A DNA stretch of 59,732 nucleotides, filler included, from Platydemus manokwari (Eukaryota), in NCBI GenBank assembly GCA_037951405.1. It is 5 parts of 5 records of this genome, joined end to end, with 100 filler letters (N's around TTAATTAATTAA, not from the genome) between each part and the next. Parts side by side here need not be neighbours in the genome. Positions count along the whole stretch, not along the records: positions 1 to 9,712 come from JBBMOY011214433.1; 4 more parts are not named here. One strand, written 5' to 3'. Shown one piece after another: positions 1 to 9,812 of this stretch. Below the pieces are notes generated by a model. The model saw only the letters and a list, made by a program, of their open reading frames with translations. It made no database searches and was not told the DNA's origin. Every line of letters starts with the position of its first letter. The first letter of the stretch is position 1. Both the position numbers and the translations under genes were made by a program.

Positions 1-74
1 ACAAATGTGAAAATGACACTATTAGAATACCAAATGAATCTTTTAATTTAGGTAAATATTTTGAAAAAAATAAT

Positions 75-310
75 TTAATGTATAATGTTGCCAATATTTT
101 TTTATGGATGGGCAATTAGCCAACCATTACCATATGGAAAATTTAAATGGATTAAAAAATTTAAATATCTCCAAATAAGGAAGTTAAATTTCAAAGTGTT
201 TAATGATTAGCAAATAGAACAAATTATGAGAGAAAAAATTCAATTTTATAATTATTAATTTGTGATCAAACAAATAACAAAATTATGTTGTTCATTATAA
301 AAACATATAA
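75..310 (+). mobile_element. Polinton/Maverick (adintovirus-like) protein-primed DNA polymerase B remnant
   Basis: Manual translation gives LMYNVANIF/(frameshift in a T run)YGWAISQPLPYGKFKWI, then LICDQTN/NYVVHYKN. These resemble the pPolB motifs YLDANNLYGWAMSQPLPxGxFKW and LxDKxNYVVHYRN. Short and broken. Confidence 0.6.
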
Positions 311-1151
311 ATTCCAATGATGATTAAAAAAGAAAGTTGTTAATGGATTGGAAAGCTTTTAGATAAAAATGCTATTGTTATGAAGATGAAAATAAAGATA
401 TGATGAAAGCTTAATGAAGTCGAATACCAACAATTAATAAAAAAGGAGTTACTAATTTTTTAAAGATTGTTTATTAGACAATAAAGTTTATCATTTAGAT
501 GCGAACAATATTAGTTCTGAAAATCATTAAATACTAGTATGGAACACAAATTAATTATTAATTACATTATTTTTATCAAAAGAGATTTATTTGGGTGGAT
601 GTTATAAATGCAAAACTGTTGATAAGGTTGGTAGAGGACAGATCTTGACCTGTTAATTTTATATTTCTATCCAATGTTCACCTTTGGTTTCTTATGGAAT
701 CTTAATGCCATTCTGGATCAATATCTTTCGGAATATAATTTCAATTAAAGGCAGCCTTTTTATATGTTCTACCAAAGAATTCTTTAATATTATTAATGCT
801 GAAGCGGTTTTAAATTTTATGAAGTCAAGATGTCATATGATAGGCCCGATATTATTTTACAAAAAATATGCTTTTTAATCGTGACTTAGTTTTTCTTCAT
901 TGTTTGCCTTGAAACAATTTCGAGTTAAAATGTTTGTACATGCTAATCATTGTATAATATATACTTGATTCCATTATAACGTATATTAATCAATATACAA
1001 CCCCAAAGTCTCTACTAAAATCTGGCCTTCAACTGGCAGTTATCCATTTTTACATTGATTTTTATACTAGCTATCTGTGTGTATTTTTTGTGTCATGTTG
1101 TATTATATTTTGATTTGATATTTTTTTTCGGTGTTCTTATTGGGTTTATAA

Positions 1152-1321
1152 GTTTTTACATGAGTTTGTGTGTTTTAATTGGTTATGTACATTTTTTCCA
1201 ACTGTAATTCACCATCTAACTTCACTGTGATTGCTTTATTGATATGTCGGTATGGTTCCAAAACAAAGGTTCCCAGGCGTAATTTCATTTTTCTTTTTGC
1301 TGAATTTTATCTTACTCAACA
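1152..1321 (-). repeat. LTR-like copy homologous to the 5' LTR at 7951-8207
   Basis: Colinear shared blocks: gtttttacatga, cttcactgt, gtatggt, ccaaaaca, tttttctttttgc, actcaaca. Two indels; roughly three-quarters identity by eye. Left boundary unclear. Confidence 0.7.
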
Positions 1322-1879
1322 ATATCAAACATCAAATATTATTGTTAATAAATTTCTATTATTTGCTTGTCACACATGATCTCTAACCTTAATTACTAGG
1401 TCCATTTGTTGGTCATAGATATGGCATTACAAATCACTCGCTTTCGTCCACTCATATTTGAAGATTATACCGCCAAAACAAATAAAAATCTAAGAAAAAG
1501 CAAGAAAATAAAAAAGCAAAAACGCAAAATTTATTGAATTTGTAAATGCGTGTAACACAATTTTAAACAATGAACAAAGTTCTTCTACCAAAGAGTCAAC
1601 TAATAACAATGAAATAACTTTAGCTGATAATACAAGTGATATTATTAAACTTGTTAAATTTATTTAACATTCTCCAGAAAATAAAAATATAATTTCATAT
1701 ATTTCAGAATCAAGTGCTAATATTTTAAAATATATTAATGAGGAGGAAGGTGTGAACTTTCGAATAGTAATTGAAATTATATTGGAAAATCTTAATGATT
1801 TTCGAAAAGAATATATTATTACAAAATAAATATATTCAAATAAAATATTAAGTTGACAGGAATGAAATTATTGCAAACG

Positions 1880-2095
1880 AGTTATTAAATATTGTATTCG
1901 TCTTGACAGTTCCTTGTATGTTTCTCTCGAATTCTATGGTATTTTTATTCAAAATGATTACCCGCTGGTTCGGTGTTATTTTAGCGTCCAATAAGACCTC
2001 CTCGTCATAATTGATCGCTGCAACAATTAATGGGGATCTGAAGCCGTTTGACTTCCTAACTGTGAATATCATATCGAGGAATATTAATATTTTTA
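1880..2095 (-). pseudogene. DEDDh (REX4/ISG20-like) 3'-5' exonuclease remnant, N-terminal half
   Basis: ILIFLDMIFTVRKSNGFRSPLIVAAINYDEEVLLDAKITPNQRV, then after a frameshift YHRIREKHTRNCQDE. Resembles the REX4-type pattern ALDCEMVG..G..S.LARVSIVNY.G.VL.D..VKP...V.DY.T..SGI...HL. Confidence 0.5.
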
Positions 2096-2399
2096 TTTCG
2101 TTTTGACTTAGCTTCGTTTCAAAAATTATTTTCAGTGTTTCATGTTTTCTATTGTTGGATTGTACTTCATATTCGGTATGCTTTGAAGTGGTTCCCTTTC
2201 CATTGGATTGAATCCTTTAGCTAGTTTTTCACTAGATTCCATGGCTATCTATGATAGTAAGCTGATTGCTCATATTCGGATGTTCCAATCTTCTGATTGA
2301 ATTTCTCACGAAGTTCTTCGTTCCATTTCGAATACACTTCCATTATGGTCGATGAATTCTGCGCTTTTTGAAAATATTTGGATTTTCTTTTTTTCCTTT

Positions 2400-2907
2400 T
2401 TGAAATTCCTACGAAACTCTGTAAGTTCTTACATTTATCTTCCTCCTGTATTGTAAATTTCCAATATCTTTTGTTTAAGTCAATAGTTGAAAATATTTGC
2501 GAATTCCCTATTTTATCATAAATAGTCTGTGGGAGGGGTAATGGATATGTGTCTTTTCTAGTGACAGCTTTTAATTTTCGATAATCCACACACCATCTGA
2601 TACTACTATATTTTTTCTTAACCAATACAACTGGAAATCCCCATGCAGAAAAACTGGGTCTTATAATGTTATGTTCAAGCATTTGTTGTTTTTGTCTTCT
2701 ACTTTCTTCCAAGTGTGCGTACGTTACACGGTACGGTCTCATTCTTATGGGTATCTCCTTACCTGGTAATAATGATATTTCATGTTCAACCACGTGAGTG
2801 CTATCTACGTTAAATTCATGTTTGGCTATGTTATCACCATATCGTTTAATTAATAATTTTAATTTTAACTTTTGATTTTCATTTATAACTTCACTATCAA
2901 TTTTCAT
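2400..2907 (-). pseudogene. pol: Ty3/gypsy reverse transcriptase, internally deleted
   Basis: PIRMRPYRV, IIRPSFSAWGFPVVLVKKK, RWCVDYRKL, DTYPLP, FSTIDL. The sequence jumps from EEDKCK directly to NLQSFVG, so the YxDD palm is missing. No RNase H or integrase seen. Confidence 0.9.
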
Positions 2908-3720
2908 ATCATCATAATTTTTTGTTGGTACTTTTTTAATAGTTGTGTCAATATCAGATGTGTATTAGGATTAAGCGTCACCATTCTATTTGCAAAGTTG
3001 GCTAACCTAATTGGAATCTTTTGATTCTCCATCAGTACTAATTCATAACAAACTGGCGTTTCGTATTTTTGTATAAATTGTTGGTTTGGTTCGAATAATA
3101 AACATTCTTTTTCTGTTTCCGTGGATCTAGCATAGTATACGACCTCTGAACGTGGTGGTATAATTAACGCACTGTCTAAATATAGTTCATTAGATTTATG
3201 CTTTAATTTGCCAGATGAGGCTTCGACAAGATTTCCTGTTCGGAAATCTAATGCTATGTTTCCTAGTCGTTCTAGCATATCCATTTCTAACACACATTTA
3301 AATGGGAAATTGTCCATTACTACCACAATGTGTTTTATTATTTTCCCCATCATTCCAATATTTGTAATAGTTCTCCCTACCATTTGTGGTGCTGACCCTG
3401 GTATTGTTTTTAAACTCTCTTCTCCCCAAACTATATTTTCTTCTTCCTTTTGAGTTAGAAAGTCTCTTGATACAATAGTGATTTTTGATCCTGCGTCAAC
3501 TTCCCTGTTATTTAACTTAATCCGTGTGGAGGGTGTTTGGCCTTTGCGTCCGAGTGTAATATATACATGTGAGCTAGGTATCCCTAGTTGATTTCTTCTC
3601 TCTACGTCCCAATTTATTCTTTTTATTTCTGGGGTTTCCTTTAAGATTGGTTTCATCTCTTTTAATTCAGTTAAAGGGTAAAATGGTAGTGGTGGTTTGA
3701 ATGTTGATGGTATGAACAAT
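2904..3720 (-). pseudogene. Retropepsin aspartic protease plus post-protease beta domain
   Basis: REVDAGSKITIVS (D[T/S]G-like site), CVLEMDML (ILGMD-like), and IIPPRSE...IPIRLANF..VTLNPNT, typical of the metazoan gypsy PR-RT linker. Confidence 0.8.
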
Positions 3721-3949
3721 TCATTAAAACGTGATTCATTTTCTTTTTCTAAACGCTCTAATTTTAATAAGGTTCCCGAATCTTCCTAATTTGGTACCGA
3801 TATGTCTGAGTGTGTGATAATATTGTTATCGTCCCTTGAGTTAGAATAATTATTTTCATCGTTTGGAGAGTGTCTTCTGAAATCGAAGATGTACTAAATC
3901 TTACTTTCCTTTTATTTTTCATTTCAGATTTTATATTATTCATTTCTTC

Positions 3950-5469
3950 ATATTGATGATTGATAATGAAAAATTTAGCCAAAAATGGAATACATCCTAG
4001 GATTAATTTCCATGAACAATGTCATATAGACGATGTTATATAGACGATAAGTAGATAATATTTGTGCTAATAAAACTTGTACAAATGTAAAATAAACATA
4101 CGCTCCTATCAATCCGGCACAGGCTTGCCCAAAGAATATGAATTTTCCCCAAATTTTTCCCATTGTGTTTAGAGTTGCTTTTTTGTAGTGATCTGAGCCT
4201 AGCAAGTATTCGTAATTAGCTTGACGACTTCCTTTTGGTAAAATAGTATCAACGAATTCTGTTATTACGCGTTCTCTCTTTGAAGGAAATAGTAAGTTGC
4301 GTCTGTTTTCCTCTAAGCCCTCTGGTGAATACATTCCCGTAGCTGCTAAATTATTTAAAGATGTAAAATTTATTAGGAAGTTTAATTTAATTAGTTGAAA
4401 TGAAAAGTATAATCTAATTTATTACTAAAATATTGTGCCAACTTAATATCGGCATTATGGACTTTTTCCTTGGCACTTTCTAATTTTGTTTTTGATACAT
4501 ATAATCCTTTATAATTGGTCTGATACAGTAATTTTCCACATTTTGTCACTGTGTCTTTTCTGATAAAGCGCATTCCATCTTCATTCAAGGTTGACATTAA
4601 AACAGTTGCGGTTTGCTTCGTTCTTACTGGGATGGCCTTTATCTTGCCCTTGGGTATTCGATCGGAAGGTAAGTTGTTAATAACTTCATTTACTCGTTCA
4701 CCCTTAACTTCTATTAAATTAGTTTTTTTTTAAAATGCCAAATTGCAGTCTTGTGACCTTACATTATATACTAGTACTGACTCGTCGGTTTGGCAACTTT
4801 TGTGTCTTGAGTTACAGAATGGATGAGTTTGCATTTACCCATTCAGTTCATCAAATACACCTTCCCATTGTCGTATTTCGACGGAATATTCCTCCATCAT
4901 TACAGATTTATCAACAATTTGTCCAGAAAATTCAAATGGTTCTCCTTTACATTCTCCATCTGTTTCTACGGATCCTCTAACTACAATGGATTACCTCATG
5001 ATATAACCTCTTTTTGCTGAAAATTTAATTTCAGTGTCTATTTTTAATTTTCTAGTTTTAAAAGCTGTCTCGCAGTTGTTGGCGTCTATCTGTAATGGTC
5101 TGGGGATCGCTTTCATCATCATCAACGATGTATGACTTCATTTACCACAGTGAAAACAAAAGTTGTCTTCTTAACGACGCATTCTTTTACTTGCATTCTA
5201 ATAAAATTTGATTCCTTATATAGAAAATAATGCTTATTTTCGTCATTAGAGATTTTCATCGGATATGCTTTCGGGCATTCCGTAATATCCATTAACGAAT
5301 AAATTTTTCCCATTTCCGTTTTAGAACAATCGTATGCTATTAAGGTTTTAACTTCATTACCGATGCTAAATAGCATTATCATCATCATAAAAATTATGTC
5401 TTTGCTCCAAAAGTTTAAAGATAACATTCCACTTCTTAATATCTTACTTTTCTTATTTTTTGATTTCAT
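3950..5469 (-). pseudogene. env: Chuvirus-like (Jingchuvirales-type) envelope glycoprotein, decayed
   Basis: Hydrophobic signal, then LIAYDC..YSLMDITEC, HCGK*SHTS, GSVETDGECKG, KCGKLLYQT, YFSNKLDY, LAATGMYS..LLFP, IWGKFIFFGQACAGLIG plus TM, SWKLILG. Order and spacing match chuviral-type G as recalled. Confidence 0.8.
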
Positions 5470-6799
5470 TAAATATATTCGATTTTTATTATTGATTGAT
5501 TAAATTTCACTAAATTCCGTATTTTCCTTTTTAATGACAATATCTGTATGATTATTATTATGATTATTAGTATTAAAATCTTGATGAAATGTTAAGTTAA
5601 ATGCTGCCTCTTAAATGTCGTACGTAACGTCATTTTTATGCAAATTGACTCGTTCATATTCTACGTTCTCATTAATAATACCTTGCTAGCAATGAACTTC
5701 GACGTTAATTTCATTTGCTTTTCCATCAACACATCCATAATTCAATAAATATTCATCGTCATCTAAATTTTGACCGCAATATGTTAAGATAATAACCGCT
5801 TCGTATCTCAACTTCTCTGAAATTCTTCTTCTGATTCTCTTTACCTTTGTACACCAATGCTCTTTGAAATTCTCCATTTCAACTCCTGATTTTAGCAAAC
5901 TGATTTCAAACGGAGGTAAATTTAAGCCTTCCTTTTTCCATATTTTTCCACATAACGTAAAAATACTTCTGAAAGTAGAATTAATAGGTAAACATTGTTC
6001 TATATACGGATAAACAAATATATTAATTCACTCAAATTACGAAACATTGATATATTTTCCTTAATAATTTCCAAAATTTTCATTATTTCGCCAAAATTCA
6101 ATGGCTCCTCCTTTAAAAGCGTACTCACCTGTTTTAGCATTCCTGTAGAGTTATTCCATTTTTCTATACATCTTTTTTCGATTTTCACAACAATATCATT
6201 TTCTGGCACGATGCTATAAATCATCACATAATCATCATCATGTAGAATTTGATTGAAAAACGTAAGCGGAGCATCTCCTCCAACAATCTGGCTTCTAATA
6301 TCTTGAACTCTCGAAAAGAATTTAGTTTTACTTTAATCAAATCACTTACCAAATTTTCAACAAAAAACTCAAAATCTTTTCCTTTATAAGTAACTGCTAT
6401 TAAATCTAACATTTCCGCCATTACCTTCATAAATCCTGAATTAATTGCCCTACTCCTCAAAAGCTGCGACGACATAACCGAACATAATTCATTTTCGTTT
6501 CTGCCTAAATTAGAAAGTTTACGTCTGTCCGTCACCGTATTCCAAACTATTCTCGAAATTTCCTCAAAATGCATCATACAAGTCTCTAATTTTATTTTCC
6601 AACTCCTCAATGTTTTAATACTCTCATCATCATCAATGTTCTCACCACTACTATCATAATCTTCATTTCTCCATCTCAACAACGTATTTGGTTTAATCAT
6701 TAAATTAAGCCCTTCTTCACCTCCTAGCATCTCGATCCATCGCTCCAGTTTATTTTTCATCATCGATATTTCTGATTCCCATGGATTTTGTGATTCCGA

Positions 6800-7916
6800 T
6801 TGTGTTAAATTAACTTTGGATTGATCGTCTTGAAAACTTACTTTCTTTATGGGAGACGACTTCTGAAATCTACTTGTGTTTCGTGGACATGATCTGGCAA
6901 AATGCCCGAAGTTACCGCAGGAGAAGCATTTAATATGACCCTGGGTGTTAACAATGTCTCTTTGCGGTGATTTTGTGAAGATTCCCGTTTTACAGTCGTT
7001 CGAAATATGACCGATTTTACCGCATGTGAAGCATGACCTATTGTCTCGAATCGGTGAATCTTTCCGTTTAAGAATTGGAGAAGTGAAACTACTTCGAGAT
7101 TTTGTTAGATTCTCACTGACAAATTTAAATTTGCATTGATTGGCATAATGCCCAATTCGGTTGCATTTAAAGCATATCACCCTTAGCTGCTTCTTTGGAG
7201 AATCGCTGACCGACAATTGACGTGATTTTGTGAATAATCGCGTGGATTTTGAATGGATATTGTAGATGGATTTTTTGGGTGATGACCTTTCAATTTTACC
7301 CATCAAGGAGAGATCTGTTTCTGTGGCATATGTGACAGGCTGGCGAATTATCGATGTAGATTTCATTTCTACCCTCATAGCTTTTTTTATGAGTTCATCG
7401 TAGGTGTTATAATCCACGAGACTGAGCGCTGTGCTGATGTGTTGGTGCACCCCTTTCAAAAATTGATCCTCAACCACTTTTCGCGTTTCTGCCGGCCACT
7501 CCGCTTTCGGCCCGAATGCTTTTTCCGCAAGTGTTGATAAATGGTACGCAAAATGGCCTACGATTTCGCCGGTTTTCTGCGACCTGGAGTAAAATTTTTG
7601 ACGAATGATGCGGCCCAATATCTCCGCTGATTAACTTCTCTGATAAGGCGTCTTTCATTGCTGTCCATTGGGCAATGTTTCGTCTGTCGATTTGATTGTA
7701 GGTTTCTCTTGCTGCGCCTTTCAAATAAAGAGGAAGTCTTTGGATCATCGTCCTTTCAGTCCAACCATATGTCGATGCATACATAAAATAGTCCGTCATA
7801 AAATCCACAAAGTCAACAGAAAGCTTTTGACAACTAGCACAATCAGTTTGTGGAACTAGTCGTACCTGGTGTTGAATTGACTGTTGGCCTGAAGAATATT
7901 GGTTCTCTGAATACAT
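6800..7916 (-). pseudogene. gag: Gag: capsid plus three CCHC zinc knuckles, one frameshift near 7618
   Basis: GWTERTMIQRLPLYLKGAARETY, SRSQKTGEIVGHFAYHLSTLAEKAF, DQFLKGV; knuckles CFKCNRIGHYANQC, CFTCGKIGHISNDC, CFSCGNFGHFARSC. Confidence 0.92.
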
Positions 7917-7934
7917 TATCGTAAAAGTGTTCGA

Positions 7935-7948
7935 ATGAGGGCTCACCA
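7935..7948 (-). promoter_or_regulatory. Primer-binding site candidate (TGGTGAGCCCTCAT)
   Basis: TGG-initiated, lying directly between the LTR end and gag. Priming tRNA not identified. Confidence 0.6.
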
Positions 7949-7950
7949 AA

Positions 7951-8207
7951 TAATAGTTGGGGTATTAACAAATATTAAACTCTGACTGTATTTAGGTTTT
8001 TACATGAATTGGATTGGTCAATCCCTAGATGTGTGTTCTGTGTAGTTATGCCCTTTTTCCGATTGTACTTTGCTAGCTAGCTTCACTGTAATTGGCCGAT
8101 TGGCGTGCCTGTATGGTCGTGCAGGCATGCAAATGCTCAAAATGCCAAAACAGGGTTCCAAGGTGCAATTTCGTTTTTCTTTTTGCAGAATTTCATCTCA
8201 CTCAACA
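7951..8207 (-). repeat. 5' LTR, about 257 bp
   Basis: Begins TGTTGAG on the minus strand, abuts the PBS and is homologous to 1152-1321. Inner end lacks a perfect CA. Confidence 0.7.
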
Positions 8208-8600
8208 ATATGTATATGCCACAGACATATAAGAAGTTCCCGAATTCGAATAGGGACTTGGATCAACAATTCAGCTTTATCCTTTTCGTCATTCTGAATA
8301 AGGTATTTGTGTGTATTTACAAAATGACCTCCATAAGAAAATAAAAAATTAGCAAATAGTGACAATTTTTATTAAAATAAGACTAAGAATTTAAAACTAT
8401 TTGTACATTCCGCGTCTATGGAGAAAAAGTTTGACATATAAAATAATTGGAGGCCGAAATATCCTTGTAGAAATTAATGAGGCCTATTTTGGACATGCCA
8501 AATATAATAGCGGACGTTGAAGACATGGTATTTGAGTGTTGAATGACTAGAGAAAGAATTTCTTCTTATTTCTAGTCTACACCGAAGCATAGCGACTCTA
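8208..8600 (+). mobile_element. Merlin (IS1595/ISXO2-like) transposase remnant
   Basis: RIRIGTWINNSALS and IIGGRNILVEINEAYFGHAKYNSGR...HRSIATL resemble the Merlin motifs SIRxGTWF..S.LS and KIGG.G.IVEIDESKFGKRKYNRGR...DRS..TL. Contains stops. Confidence 0.75.
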
Positions 8601-9319
8601 AAAGCAACGCATACAAGTTAATTAGAAACTTTATATTAATAATAATACTTTTATTTAATTGTAAGTTTGTGAAACCATGATCTATTATATATACGTATTG
8701 TTAAAGTTGTTTTTTTCTTTGAAATCTAAAATTGAAATTTATATAAGAATTTCATTAAAATATGATTACCAATAAATTTTAAAATTGAATAATTCACGAA
8801 AAATCATTAAATTAAGATTGGGTAAAAGGTCCCATTTTTTACTTAAGCTGAAAACATTTATTGTATAGATTAAATTATAGCTTTTTCTATGATTTTAAAT
8901 TGAATTAGATCATAATTATATGATTAGTTATAATAATAATAATTAATAACACATAAAATAAAAAATAAATAAATTCTATAACTAACTATTTTTGTTAATA
9001 CCCGATAAAATAAATAATTTGAGTATTTATTGGAAGGGGGACTAGAAATTTGATAAGTCATACCAAAAACTAAAATACAAGATTTATCTAATTAATCACT
9101 TTTCATTTCTTAATTATCACCCAAGTTATATTATCAAATTTTTAAAATATATTTTGATATATTGTAAATTAAAAATTAGAAAAGATTTATAATAAATTAA
9201 TCAGCTTTTGACATAAAAGTTTTAATAAATCAATTTAATTTAAAATGAGAAATACATAATAGCACTTATTTGATAAATATTTTAAAATATCAAATAATTG
9301 ATTTGAAAAAAACTCTTTC

Positions 9320-9551
9320 ATGTCGTCAATCAAATCTCCTTTGATCGAAAACATACCAAAAATATCTATCATAGACAAAAACAATTCTGATCTTTTGGAA
9401 TTCAAAAACAATAAACCTTGTCGAATCGAAATGACACCTCAGATTGATAATAATCCTCCTAGTGACTTATTTTTAAATAAAATAATGAATACGAGAAAGG
9501 AAATCGAATTTAAAAATATCATATATCACGTCTTCCAAGGTAGAGGAAGAG
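9320..9551 (+). CDS. Probable first coding exon of an ABCG1/4 (white-like) half transporter; rest lies beyond the contig end
   Basis: Ends IEFKNIIYHVFQGRGR-G|gttag, like ABCG1 IEF.DLSYSV.EG...RKKG just before the ABC domain. Phase-1 donor. Confidence 0.45.
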
Positions 9552-9712
9552 GTTAGATTTATGTTACAAAATTTTTTAATCATAATTTTTTTTAATATTG
9601 TCTTTTTATCGTTGAATTGTTATTTTTTATTGTTATATACATTCTGAAATTCATAAATTTTTTTCTTACCGTTTTAATCAACATCTGGGAGATTTCCCAT
9701 GACATGAAAATT

Positions 9713-9812
9713 NNNNNNNNNNNNNNNNNNNNNNNNNNNNNNNNNNNNNNNNNNNNTTAATTAATTAANNNNNNNNNNNNNNNNNNNNNNNNNNNNNNNN
9801 NNNNNNNNNNNN
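9713..9812. other. Artificial contig spacer
   Basis: 44 N + TTAATTAATTAA (stops in all six frames) + 44 N. Confidence 0.98.

Larger units (their letters stand above)
1850..8207 (-). mobile_element. Decayed Ty3/gypsy LTR retroelement with a glycoprotein gene between gag and pol
   Basis: On one strand and in order: LTR, PBS, Gag capsid plus 3 CCHC, unknown domain, glycoprotein, protease, RT N-half, DEDDh-like remnant. Contains stops, frameshifts and internal deletions. Confidence 0.9.

Noticed and set aside
3700-5900. Stop-codon reassignment explaining the in-frame stops
   Set aside because: TAA, TAG and TGA all occur together with frameshifts, and host genes read normally in the standard code, so this is decay.
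9713-9812. Recurrent TTAATTAATTAA within N runs as a biological repeat
   Set aside because: Identical 44N-12-44N structure four times; it is an assembly concatenation linker.
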